Shown in pieces: positions 13,482-25,500 of a DNA stretch of 64,000 nt. Numbering within the stretch: the first letter of the stretch is position 1; the number at the start of each line of letters is the position of its first letter. The notes under the pieces are model-generated. The model saw only the letters and a program-made list of their open reading frames with translations, searched no databases and had not been told where the DNA came from. Origin of the DNA: Lingula anatina (Eukaryota; Animalia; Brachiopoda); contig CM120641.1 of the NCBI GenBank assembly GCA_051362555.1, positions 40,244,401 through 40,308,400 on the forward strand. The letters run 5' to 3'. The position numbers and the translations under genes were made by a program.

Positions 13482-15456
13482 TTAAACATTACTGCAATCC
13501 CTTCCCAATCTACGCAAAATACTAGATGAATGACATCTAATGAGACCTGTGAAAAGCATACATTCCATCTGATTGGTAATCAGTATTCATACTGCCACTG
13601 ATAACTAACAACTATTAACAAATCAACTGTATGTCATTGTAAAGGAAGTACTGTTGTTGAAGATCAAAAATTATTTATTTTGAAAATGAAGATAATTTTA
13701 TATTGTAAAAAAGTATAATTTAAAAAAAGTACGATTACACAAGTTGGCATTGGGTAGTTGATAACCTATGGGCAGCCCATCACCATAGCTATATGCCTTT
13801 CAAATAAAAAAAAATTATTACGCTAAGTGTGAATTTGCAAAGAATATCTTAATTTTGTTTCCTTTAAACCCATTACATTTTGTTTGTACAAAAACTAAGC
13901 TAACAGCTTTCCATTACATAATAAAGGAAAAGATAAAAATTTCACATAATAATACTTAAGAAATAAGACATTTCAATATGGCAACCTGAGCTTTACAGTG
14001 TATGGATTGATCCTAAAATATACCATACAGCATAAAAATACTATCTTTAACAATGTTCTGGGAAACGGACAGATAATGTCAACCACATATCTCAGGTATT
14101 TTTTCTTAAGAAATGTAAAAATAACACCAAAAACTATCACCACAGGATATAGCTCTTAATGTGCATCAATAGAACTTAAACACTTGTGCCAGATCTAAGT
14201 TATCGATAAATAACTAATAACAATCCATAATGACCACATTTCAATGGTTATCATTTCAACACAAAGTGCATCCTGTTATATCTGTTTCGTAAAAAAACAT
14301 CAGTTCTGTACTTCCCATTCTTTATATCTGTCCATGTGCCTCTCTAATTCTATTAATTGTGCATTTGTTATTTCCCCATAGATATTTTTTCCGCTAAATG
14401 CACCAGTTAAAGTTTTGATCTCTCTGTGCATCATTACCATTTTTCTTTTACCCTCGAGCATGCGGTCTCTAAAATCCATACAGCAACCCATCAAAAAACA
14501 TGGAAAACAAGGGCTAAAGCCTAAAGAGAATTGCCCTGGATCAATTGCACATGCACTCTCAATCCAATAAATTATCCCGTCCACACTTTCCAAACACTGT
14601 CTGCAGCAATACAAAACATATTCATTTAACAATTTACAACTGAAGACAAAGAAGTCCATTAATTCAGACGCAGAGTGATGGTGTACGCAAGGATAAGCTC
14701 ATTGTGTCAATTGCTGGAGAGCACAGACGTCAGTTTATGGAAATATTTCCCTAACAGGCACCACATTTTTCTTGGAAAATGTTTCATTCTGACCTTAAAG
14801 GATTTAGAAGATATTTCAATCATCAATCAGTTGTTGAAGTGGATAATCTATTTCATACCTAAAATTTTGAACTAAAACCATGCCATCTTTAAATCCAAAA
14901 GACTGCCTTATACAAAAGATATAAATAAGGTGTTCTCCCCCCCCCCCCCCAACTCCATGCCCCTACATATGTACACATGCATACACCCACCCACATAGAA
15001 ACTAGAACAGCAGACTACATGCACAATGACGGAATAAGTTTTTTACACGAGCTTAAAAATATATGCAAGAAAGGACAGTAAATAGCTCTGGCCTATTAAA
15101 ACACCAGCTAATTAAAAAAACATAAATGACACTGATAATGAATCTCCTCGTAAATTGCAGACAAATGCAGTTCAATAAATTGGTTAGTTGTGACAGCTTT
15201 AATGTGGTAGCTGAGAGAAAACACAATCAGAGAACTTACACTTAGTGTTATCCAACCAAGATTCACATTCCATCTATTTATGAAAATAGAAGGCTAAAAC
15301 TATGTTCACATAGATTTTGGTAAAAATCACATAAATAACACCTGTTCACTTATTAAAACAGACTCTTAATGAATTGAGAAACAACTGAAATCATTGGAAA
15401 CAACATTTAGCTACACATGCAAAACTCCAAATTAGAAATGAAAAAAGTACCGAAGT

Positions 15457-18400
15457 TCACATTTCATCATCCTCAAAGCCAAGATCTTCTTCAGGAAAAT
15501 CCCCTACTTCCACATTCTCAGGCTTTACAAAGGCACCATATTTATCTGGACATTGAAAGTACTGCTTTCCATTTACTCTGAAAATATTTCAAGAAATCAT
15601 TACTGGTCATTAGTATACTTTTTATTACTTTTCTTGGAACAAGAAATAAAGCAATAATTATAACCTTTCTCATCTAAAATACAAAGCAAAATTCACAAAA
15701 TTAAATAGAGTACCTGATGCTGACAAAGTTGCAACATTATAATACCTCCTTATCACTTCAGTTCTGGGAAGTCCACACTTAGCTAAATATATAAAACAAG
15801 TCAAAGACCCCATTTCCAGAGATTAGATCGATCTACTTTAGATCGACCTAACTCCCTGGGGGTTCACGCTAAATAGCTGTCAGCCGAGCGGACACGAAAG
15901 TTAATTACCCCCTTACAGCTTGTAGTAGGCGGGACGGACATTTAAGCCGGATTATCTGACAGTAATCTAGTGAGACTCCCTGTGGGGATAGATCGATCTA
16001 AAAGCTCTGGGAATACAGCCAAAGTATGTGATGTCAAGGGCAAATGTGTAAGGACAGACCCTTGATTGAACTTACGTTCCATTGTGCTTTCCATATGGTT
16101 CATCATACTGTACACCAACCCAATACCCAGGTTTGAAATCTGTTGTTCCTGCAGGAGAAAAAAATTGCAAGCATAACAATTATAATATTTTTTCTTGGCA
16201 ACTAAAAGTTATATTGTACATGCAGTATAAAAGAGTGATAAAAATAACTACTACACACTATAAATTGTCCACTAAATCTTTAAAACTGGGTTACTTTTTG
16301 TGTTTAACTATGAAACTTTATTTATACGCTGAAGGACTAATACCCCAGTTTCATGATTCTGTAACATGAGGATCTAAATGTTTAAAATCTTATTCTTAAG
16401 ACAGAATGCGATGGGGGGATTAAACCCAAAAGAACACTTGAAGCCTCTCTTCCTTACCTACATATTGTACAATGCCTCTCTTTGCCATCTGATTAGCTAG
16501 CTTGACTTCACACCTGAAACAGCAGTTTTTCTGCATACAGTTTTGGAAGACACATAATCTAAGATCATGAGAACCAAGTGTAAGCAATTGTTAGCTACCT
16601 TTGAGACATCTGAAGCAAAAGATGCCTTTTTAAATAGTCATATGAATATTTCTCTGAAAAATCACAGAATGAAAAAGACTCACCTGTCACCAACTTTCAT
16701 AGAATCTGCTTTTTCTTTTTCCTTCTTTTCTTTTTCTTTCTTTTCTTCCTCTTGCTTCTTGGCAACTTCAGGATCTACATCTTGGAAGCGGCCTAGCTTC
16801 ATTCTCTGCTTGAATGCTCTGACACTATCTGTGTTTAGATCATTAAAATACATAAATGAATAAACATAAGGGCAAGTTACTCTTCCTAATAAATAATAAA
16901 TGTAACTTTCCACCATAACTAACAAATCCCAATCCAAAGTGGATCACTGAAACTATCTCTTAGAGAAGAGTTCAATCATATCACAAACTGTGTCCATTTA
17001 ACTAACCACAAACACCTTTTCAATCACTTTAAGAGCAAATGAAAGAAAGAAAGCATATTCTTCAGAGCAATCAGCAAAATATAGTTTAAACCAAAGTGCT
17101 AAATTTGTAAACCTAGCTGTGCTTACTTGTGAGCCTTAGCACACAATTCTGTAAAAGTATCACTTACCTGTTCTGTTAGCATACTCTTCTTCTGTCAGTT
17201 CAAACTTCTCAACCTTAGAAACATCTTCAAATTCTCCTACAGTATGGGCTGTATCTTTTACCTGAATTAAAATTAGAATTTAAAAATAAAATAAATGGAT
17301 CCATCAAATTTCAACACATCTAACTCTTCAGATATTATACATCTTGCAAAATCCCTTGAACTAAGGGCACATTCAGATTCACATTTGACACTAGCTGAGT
17401 GTCCAACCGTGCGAGAGATTCTAGCTAAAGTGCTATGGCTCGGCTTAATCAGCACATGATAGTGAACTACCCCCTAGCTGCTCAAGGAGGTGTATCAGAC
17501 AATTGATTCCACCGACTGCACTTGAGTAAGAATCCCTCGGAGAGTTGGACCAACCTGGCCAATGTGATGTGCAAATCTGAATGCTGCGTAAGAAAAATTA
17601 CAGATGCTAGTGATTAAAACTTTATCCAGTTTTGACATCCAAGAAACTCATAAGTCCATATGTCCACTTTATTAATAAGTCCTAAATCTTGTGTTTTTAA
17701 CTCAGAAATAATGGTCTACTTAAAGCCAAGATATACTTGTGGCAAACTTCCCCAACCAATTTTCAAAATGAAGTAACAATCAGCATGAAAATGTTAACAT
17801 TCTGTCTCTCTTTCTTTCATTAACAGGTCTATAAGTCTATACTTACATGTATTCTCATTCCATCATCTACAGGATAAGATCCCAGCATAGCTGCATCATT
17901 GTCCATTGCACACACCAACTTGTCATCCTTGTCATAGGCCTCCAGCTTCATAGTGGCAGAAGATGCTCCTGTTAGAAGTTCTAGCTTCATCTGGAAAGTA
18001 AAAATAACTTTCCTATTTCATTGAGTACATATACCAGTATGTATGTGTACATTGTGAATCTTGATATATGACGTTAATATGTTATAAAAAAGAGGGCTTA
18101 AGCCCAGGTCTTGGAGGAGAGACAAAATAAGTTGGTTAAGATCAATGATTCTCTGTAAACAGGGTCAGCAGATGAAATTAATTTTCAATTGTTGTTTTTT
18201 AATATGATGTTTAATGAACATAACAGCTAAATTTAAGGGCTGGTCCTACTTCATTTGTTGGGGGAGGGGGCATATCCACTATGGTCAATTTTAAGCACAA
18301 AAACAACACTCAGGATTTGGATTTTTCCCAGGGTCAACAGTAAATTTCTCCCACCTATTAAAATCTTCAATGGGGTATAATTTTACAACATCACTGGTAA

Positions 18401-19100
18401 ACAAGCTGGTGTATTTGACCTTAATTACAATGCCATCTACAACAAATCTGATTGTCTCTTTCAGTAGTGTGCAGCTTGAGGAGGTGGCAGGCAAGAAAAA
18501 GTTTATTGAGCCCAAGCAACAAACACTACACACCATCTGAACGACATTCCAAGTTTATTTTTAGCAATTTTTCATGTGTTAGCAAGCAGACATTAAAAAT
18601 TCATAAATGAAAGTGCTGATGCATGTGCCAGCACCTTGTCTTTATGACAAGTGCCGTCTTATGCTTATCATGCAAATATGATAAGAATAACCACCACGTC
18701 AAAATTTTTCTCTGCATCAGTGACTCATACACTGATCAATACCAGTATCAGTATTACTGTACAATTAAATGGCCCAAATTATTTTTTAAAAACAGAACAC
18801 AATAAAGAAAATAAGTCATTCAACATATAATGTGATATCATAAAAGCTCCCTGGGTCAAACACAAGGTCCTTATGCTAGTCCCTGTAAAGGTTTATCCCA
18901 AGTCTTAAACCACGTACACTTACAAGTACATGTACTGTGGTACTACAAACTTTGACAAGTGCGCTCGGTTTGGAACCAACCTTCAACTCCGCAATTGGAA
19001 TATCTTTTGGAAATCTTCTTTCGGTGCCAAACGAATTTATATTGCTGGACACTGTGACATTGACCACACTTTGGGTAACGACAGAATACTGCTCTGACAT
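15457..19100 (-). CDS. TBCB: Tubulin-folding cofactor B (Ubl + CAP-Gly), 7 exons, 250 aa
   Basis: Exons 19100-18981, 17990-17847, 17261-17168, 16828-16684, 16513-16458, 16148-16076, 15577-15457; all GT-AG, 753 nt, in frame. Ubl domain ([22 protein letters not shown]...[14 protein letters not shown]), [15 protein letters not shown]-Gly ([37 protein letters not shown]), C-terminus [14 protein letters not shown]. Confidence 0.96.
15806..16020. mobile_element. MITE, PIF/Harbinger-like, copy 2 (TBCB intron 6)
   Basis: Shares gatcgacctaactccctgggggttcacgctaaat ... gacagtaatctagtgagactccc with 4959-5153. Imperfect TIRs, flanked by AAA/AAA. Confidence 0.75.
17367..17587 (-). ncRNA. Candidate structured intronic RNA (TBCB intron 2), family unassigned
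   Basis: Nested complementary segments give a long closing stem and a branched top; most non-Watson-Crick positions are G-U on the - strand. See findings. Confidence 0.45.
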
Positions 19101-19378
19101 TTTAGTAGGTGAGTTACTAAGGAACTGCCGATCCAAATTATCCTCCCATATACAAAGTCTCGTTTAAATCTCGTTGATCATATGATTAACCAAAAAGGAT
19201 TTTATCGGTTTATATGTCACAATACTGCTAATTGCACATTACTGCATATGCCTTTTGAATTGATATTGGTACAATACGTTTACTTATAGTCCCAATTTAT
19301 GTTTTTTATGCTACAATTTATTTTAAACTAAAGATGAAAGCATGACGTCATTTTCACCTCGCGAGATCAGGAATCAAG
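19101..19378. promoter_or_regulatory. Bidirectional promoter region TBCB/BIRC6
   Basis: Start codons are separated by only 278 bp. CRE TGACGTCA at 19343-19350, CTCGCGAGA (CGCG/BANP-type motif) at 19358-19366, and YY1-like CAAGATGGC overlapping the BIRC6 ATG. Confidence 0.75.
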
Positions 19379-22300
19379 ATGGCAGCCTCTGAAGAAGAAG
19401 CAGAGGGGAAAATGGATATTTGTGGTCTAGTTAATTGGTGGATAGGTGAATCGACTACAAGTGTGACTTACCATTCAACGCTTAATGTGATCATAGTGAC
19501 AACTAAAGAATCAGGTGTTAAAGTAATAGACGTGTCGACGGGCTCAGTTCTTCAAAAGTCGGACTTATGTGGTAAGGCCAAAGGATTCCTGATCGCATTT
19601 GCCATTACTTGCATTTTCGTCGCTATATCCTTAAAATTGTCAGTTCTACAAAGAGTCATATTATTTGAAGGCATCAAAATTTTAGTGCAGTCATTTTATT
19701 GTGTTCCTTTAAGATTGTAATTTACTTTTTGCAGTCACACTAAAATTGTTGTATAATAGTATTAAATTGATTTTTCTTCGTTTGAAGTAAAAGTGGTCAT
19801 GTGCTTAATTTTTATAAACACTTGCATCATTCGTGTCACTGCAAAGCTTTTTCAAAATCTTGGAAAGCCTGAAGTGTCAAGGCTCAATACTTGCATTAAT
19901 AGTTACATGTACTCCACAGAAAAGCAGCCATAAATACTAGTAGTCAGTGACTTGACTGAATATGGCAACTCTCGTGCAGTAAAGCAAAAAAAAAAAAACC
20001 AACAGAATTTGATGATGCAATGCTGGGCTAATGATGTTTGATTGCCATCGGTAAAAATACAACTAATGCAAATCTGTCTGGATAACCAGATAAATTTTGA
20101 CTTGAGCCTTCACACTTTAGACATATCATATCTTCTGAGCTGATGACATGATCTCCAGATTATAGAGATTACTCCCATTTATGGGTGTTAAATGAATATA
20201 TGCATGGGTGAAAGTTTTCAGGAGTATGCCCAATTTCAGGATTTTTGGTTTTCATTTTGATTTTTATTTTCATTTGGTGTGAATGTGATGAGAAATTGTA
20301 AGCTATGTGTTCAGGGTTTTCAGTTTTAACAATTTTTATATATATAGTGGACTGAATATCCTGAGACCTTTGCATGAAATTATTCTAGTTTGACAACAGT
20401 TTGTGCAGTTGATTTTTTATCCAGAATAAAAGAAAAAAGATTTACCATCCAGAACGAAAGAAAGAAGTTCCTGCTTAAAACATGTTGTGACTACAAGGAA
20501 TTGTCACTCTACTAGTCATGTCCCCTGCCCCTTCACCACATACTGCTTAAGCAGCACTGAGCATTGTCAGTTGTCTTAATGAATATGCGCATCTGACTTC
20601 AGATTTTATTATTTTACTATCACCTTTAATCACCAGCACCATTTGGAAGATCAGTTTTAGAGATTCTTTTTCCAAGTTTCACTTCTGAATAACGCTTTGT
20701 AAACATTGTAAAAATTGTTCACTGCTACTCTGTTGTTCTTTTTATATTGTTGGAATGCCAGATAATATCTTTGTAGTTTAAAGTATGCATACCAAGGTTA
20801 AAATTCATGAGAATTAAAGTCCATTGTTGTCCACTATTTTTAAAATAATAAAAGTTAGCAACAAAGGAACCATTGAGTTACTGGCCCATCATGTTACATT
20901 TGACTGAGATAGACTGGTGACAACTATTATCAGTTACAAGCATGTATTCTGCCATCTTTAAGGAAGCTTACTTTGTTCTAGGCTTCTCCCAATTCCCAGA
21001 GATGGAAACAGATTTTAAGCATCCTGTAGTAGCATTGATGTTATTAAGTGCTATGTTGTTTTAATAAATGAAGATGGTAATATATTCACCTTTCTTTTTG
21101 AATGTCACATTGTACATGGCATCAAGTCATTTTGCTTGCAGTCTTTTTAATACTGACTTCCCATTTGTTTAATTAGCCTCTCAAACAGACAATATCCAAT
21201 CTGCATACCTCTCTGCCAAGGACAAAGTATTATTTACGGATGGACTTTCGGTGGGAGTGAGGAAAGATCTTAGTGGGATGCTTCTACTGGACACATTGTT
21301 ACAGGCTCCAGTGGCTTCCACAGATGACGTAGTCAAAGTTGAGCTGCCATTGCAAGAGGTCAATTAGACTCTTACTAATTCATCAGTAATATAATATTTC
21401 TCCTTGTGAAAGAATTCACATTTCACTTTATTTATTTGTTAGTATTATTTAATGTTTTAAGTTGGACATTTTGTAACAGAAGTCATTTTGTTTTGAAATA
21501 TAGATTTTATTGAAGTACTGAGAAAAGAACATGTCATCGACCAAGGAAAAGGTTGCTAAATGTAAATACTTAACTTTAAAAAAATGCAGTTGAGTTGCAA
21601 ATTTATATTATGTCCTGTCAGAACATCAAATCTATTTTATTTAATTCTGTTCTTTAGGCAAACCATCTGTTTCAAGAGTGTCTGATGAGTGGTGAGCTCC
21701 CAGGGGTTGATGGGTTAGAAGATGTGATAAGGGAGCTTGAAAAGGGAATTGAGAAGGCTCAAGAATCTGTCAAAGGAAACCACAAAGTTGCTAAAGTGAG
21801 TTTGATTGCTATATCTAATACTGTTTTGAGAATTGTTTTGTGTTGATTTAGATTGAAAGACGAGTTGATGATGGTTTGAGTTGAAAATCATGGTCAGTGG
21901 AGGCTGTTGGTTTGATGCTTTTTCACTGGTTAAGTAATTAGGATTCGATTAACGATTCAAGTTTGATTATATTCAGCATTTTAACAAAGATTTGATGAAC
22001 AATAAATTATTTGATTAAAACACCAAAGCAGGAAAATTGTATGTAATACGTCTGTGAAAAGTGCCTCCTGGTAGTTATTATGTTTAAAATGCAAGGCTCT
22101 GGCCAGTATAACTATAAGCACTTAAAGGGAACTTTATCACACATATTGAAGTTTTCTTGTGTACTTCAGTGGGCCACAGTGTGTATCAGACTGCCCCACC
22201 ACACCTTAAAGTCTGTCTGCAGTACTCTGATGACCGAACTGAAGAAATATCAACAGAATGTTAGCAGCTTGCCGGTGGCCTCTGCTGTCACAGAGAGGTT

Positions 22301-22435
22301 GAATTCCCTGTATCCAACAGGTCAGCCAGAGCTTGGGGCAGGTCCCATTGATAGGTCGATGATGTATAGTGAAGCTGCAAGACGGGCATCATTTACATCA
22401 TGGCCACATATGAATTACAAGTGAGTGTGTTATAC

Positions 22436-22500
<65 letters not shown>

Positions 22501-25500
22501 TAGTCAGTCTGGAATTGGAAAATAAAGTTACAAGAACATGCCCTTCTTGAAGGTATGGTTTTCATTTGATGATCATTTCCCATGTACAGGGTAATATCAC
22601 TGAAATATGTGGACCATATTGGTTACTGTATTGATAAGACCTGTAAATTTACACTAACAGGTGGGCATTACCAGAGCCTATGGCACAGGCAGGTTTTTAC
22701 CACCAGCCCAATTCTGTAGGAGATGACAGAGCAATGTGTTTTACGTGTAGTGTATGTTTAGTGTGCTGGGAACCAACAGATGAACCTTGGTAAGCAGATT
22801 GTAGACAGTGATTAATGTTTTTATGGACATCATTGAAGTGCTAATGGCCTTTTTGTTCTTTTCACAGAAGATTTTTTTGTGTTTAACTCTTTTATGAGAG
22901 GCATCCTTTAATTTATAAGTCAGGTTCTATTACAGCATAAAAGTTGCATTAGCATAACATATGTTAAATTCCAGCTAGTTCATTTCTGAAACTTCTAAAT
23001 CAGTATGTGCTGATGAAAATGAATGTACAGTGTAACATATTGAAACGTATTAATTATATCATACAGAGCCCACTGCAATACTATATAAATCTTAAAGTAA
23101 AAAAAATAGATTGTGAAATTTTATTGATTTATGTGTCATTAATTGTATTGAAACCTCTGTAGGTCTGAACATGAGCGCCACTCTCCTGGGTGTCCATTTG
23201 TGAAGGGACAGTTTACACAGAATGTGCCACTAAGTGGTGAGTTAACCATTTCAGTTTTCTAATATAAGAAGTGCAAATGATATTTTACATTTATTATTCT
23301 GTTTTGCATTAATTTCATTGTCATTTGATCACCTTTGGGTTGACGCCAGCACATGTTGTGTGTGGCTGGATTCTGATAGTTGCCAGGTGCTTCTTCTTCT
23401 CAAAGTGGTCCTCAGCATTTCTACATATCTATATTGGTAAAGTATATTATTAATGGATATAAAATGGTGGAGAAGAAGAAAGTATGGCAGAATACCAACA
23501 GGTCTTAGATACAGACATTATTGATCATTTTCTAATTTTCCAGTGACTTATGCAACAGAGCCAGCACAGGTGCATGGTATATCACAAGAAAAGGTGAGAA
23601 CTTAGTCACAGCTATGAAATACAGTATATTTGAGGAAAAGAATGCATTTGCTTCATAATTCAGTACATGAGAAAAGAATAAATGCTTTAAAGAAATAACA
23701 CTGGTCATATTTATGAGCATCTGATATTTCAATTTTTTTTATAACAGGTGAAGTGCATAGTTATAGCAAAGGTGCAAATTTATTTACAGAAGCAACGTTG
23801 ATCATGTTGGACATGAATTATGCGATTCACTCTACAAGTAAATTTATGCATCATAATCACACATATAACAAGGCAGCAATTTTTGATTATTATTGATTAT
23901 TGATTGTTTATTGATCTGGATCACCACCAAAAACTAATCATCTTTTCCTGGGCCCACTTCTGACAGTTCCTGAAAATTTCATCAAAATCGGTCCATAACT
24001 TTTTGAGTTATATTGATGACAGAAGGACAAACAGACAAACAAACAGGGGTGAAAACATAACCTCCTTGGAGGAGATAATAATGAAATGTTTCAATATTTT
24101 CTTTGTTTCAGGTGAAATGCATCAGTACTACATCATGTGATAACTTGGTGGCCACTTCCTCCACACACGGTTATGTCATAGTCTGGGACATTGGCTGCCA
24201 GATGAAGGTTTGTCTACTTAATCATTAACAGATGTCTTTGTTATAGTGTGTGCTGAATTTCTTTTATAAAGTTGAGTTATGACACCAAAGTATAATGCAT
24301 TGATATGTAAAGCTGAGGCTAACATATACATATTTTGTGCTTTGTGATTAAACAATTTTCCATATCCAAAGAAAAAGGTCATTATTTTTGCCAGTTTACC
24401 ATATTTTGGTTGAAATATACTTTTGAGGGAAAAGCTAGAATTAAACCAGTTTGACAACCATGTATTCATTGTTCACAAACAAAACAAATTTACACTTACT
24501 GTTTATTTTCACACCTCCTTGTGCCATATACCAAATGCTCAAAGTGTTGTTATGTTTTCCAGAAACATATTGAATTAAACATTGACCCTGGTGACCCCCT
24601 GATTAAAGTAACCATGGGAGCCAATGAAACAAGTGCAATAGTAACTCAGAGGTGAGAAAAATGAAGCATGTTTATTCCCAAGTACTTGAAAGTTAACTGT
24701 CCCTAATGTGATGGGATGAAAGGAAAATGTATGATTGACTGGAAACTAGTTTTTTCACTGTCATTTGATATAACTTTTTCTTAGTTCCTATTAAGATTAT
24801 ATAATATATGTGTAATATTTTATAGCTTATATAATAGGCAGCCATGTTCTTTGCTCTAAAAACTTTTATCCTCTCACTCTTGAATAGTGCTCAGTCTGGT
24901 GCATGCAAGGAGCCCATTACAGATAGTTTACCATCGTCACTACTGGAGACGGACTCCATCCAGGAAGACAGTATGACAGGACCTGGACCAGAGGCTGGAG
25001 AAATTGTCTCCTTGCCAATAGAAAGTGTGCCACTGACAGAAAGTAAGAAGCTACTTAATTGAATAGTTGTGAGGGTATTGTTTCTAATATTATCTTGTTT
25101 TACAAAATGTCTGAAATGTAAACATTGATGCAATTAACCATCTACTATACTTATTTTTTGTGTCAAAAATAGTAAAGATAATAATGAAATAAAAAAGGGA
25201 GAGAATAATTTGAAAGACTGATTATGCAAGATGGGTCTTAGAAATGAGCAAAAAATGTTGCTTCTAGTAAATTCAAAGAGTATTCTATACTTTGAAATTT
25301 TTTTCTATTAGATTGCATTGTGAAGCGATCCAGAATATCCAGAGATGTAGTGGTGTCATCACTGAGTGTGATAGGTGACCCAGAAAACAACGCCCATCAA
25401 GCAGCCTCGGCACCTAGCAAGGACAAACTAACAAAGGCAGCTTTGGTCTGTGGTGTCGGGATTAGGAGAACTACATTAACCTGTGATATACCTGACACCA

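Noticed and set aside
8319-15273. Chain of minus-strand micro-exons (about 15240-15273, 13051-13074, 11598-11632, 10676-10728, 8319-8340)
   Set aside because: Each has plausible AG/GT ends, but the phases do not join into a coherent ORF, and such hits arise by chance in AT-rich DNA.
17367-17587. Assignment of the intronic structure to RNase P/MRP, SRP, U3, U17, 7SK or telomerase RNA
   Set aside because: Diagnostic motifs (P4 CR-I, the SRP helix-8 loop, boxes B/C, U17 m1/m2, GAUC pairs, a CUAACCCU template) were not found. It is kept only as unassigned.
23328-23490. Possible snoRNA-like hairpins in BIRC6 intron 6
   Set aside because: Stems are short and mutually alternative, and there are no convincing boxes.
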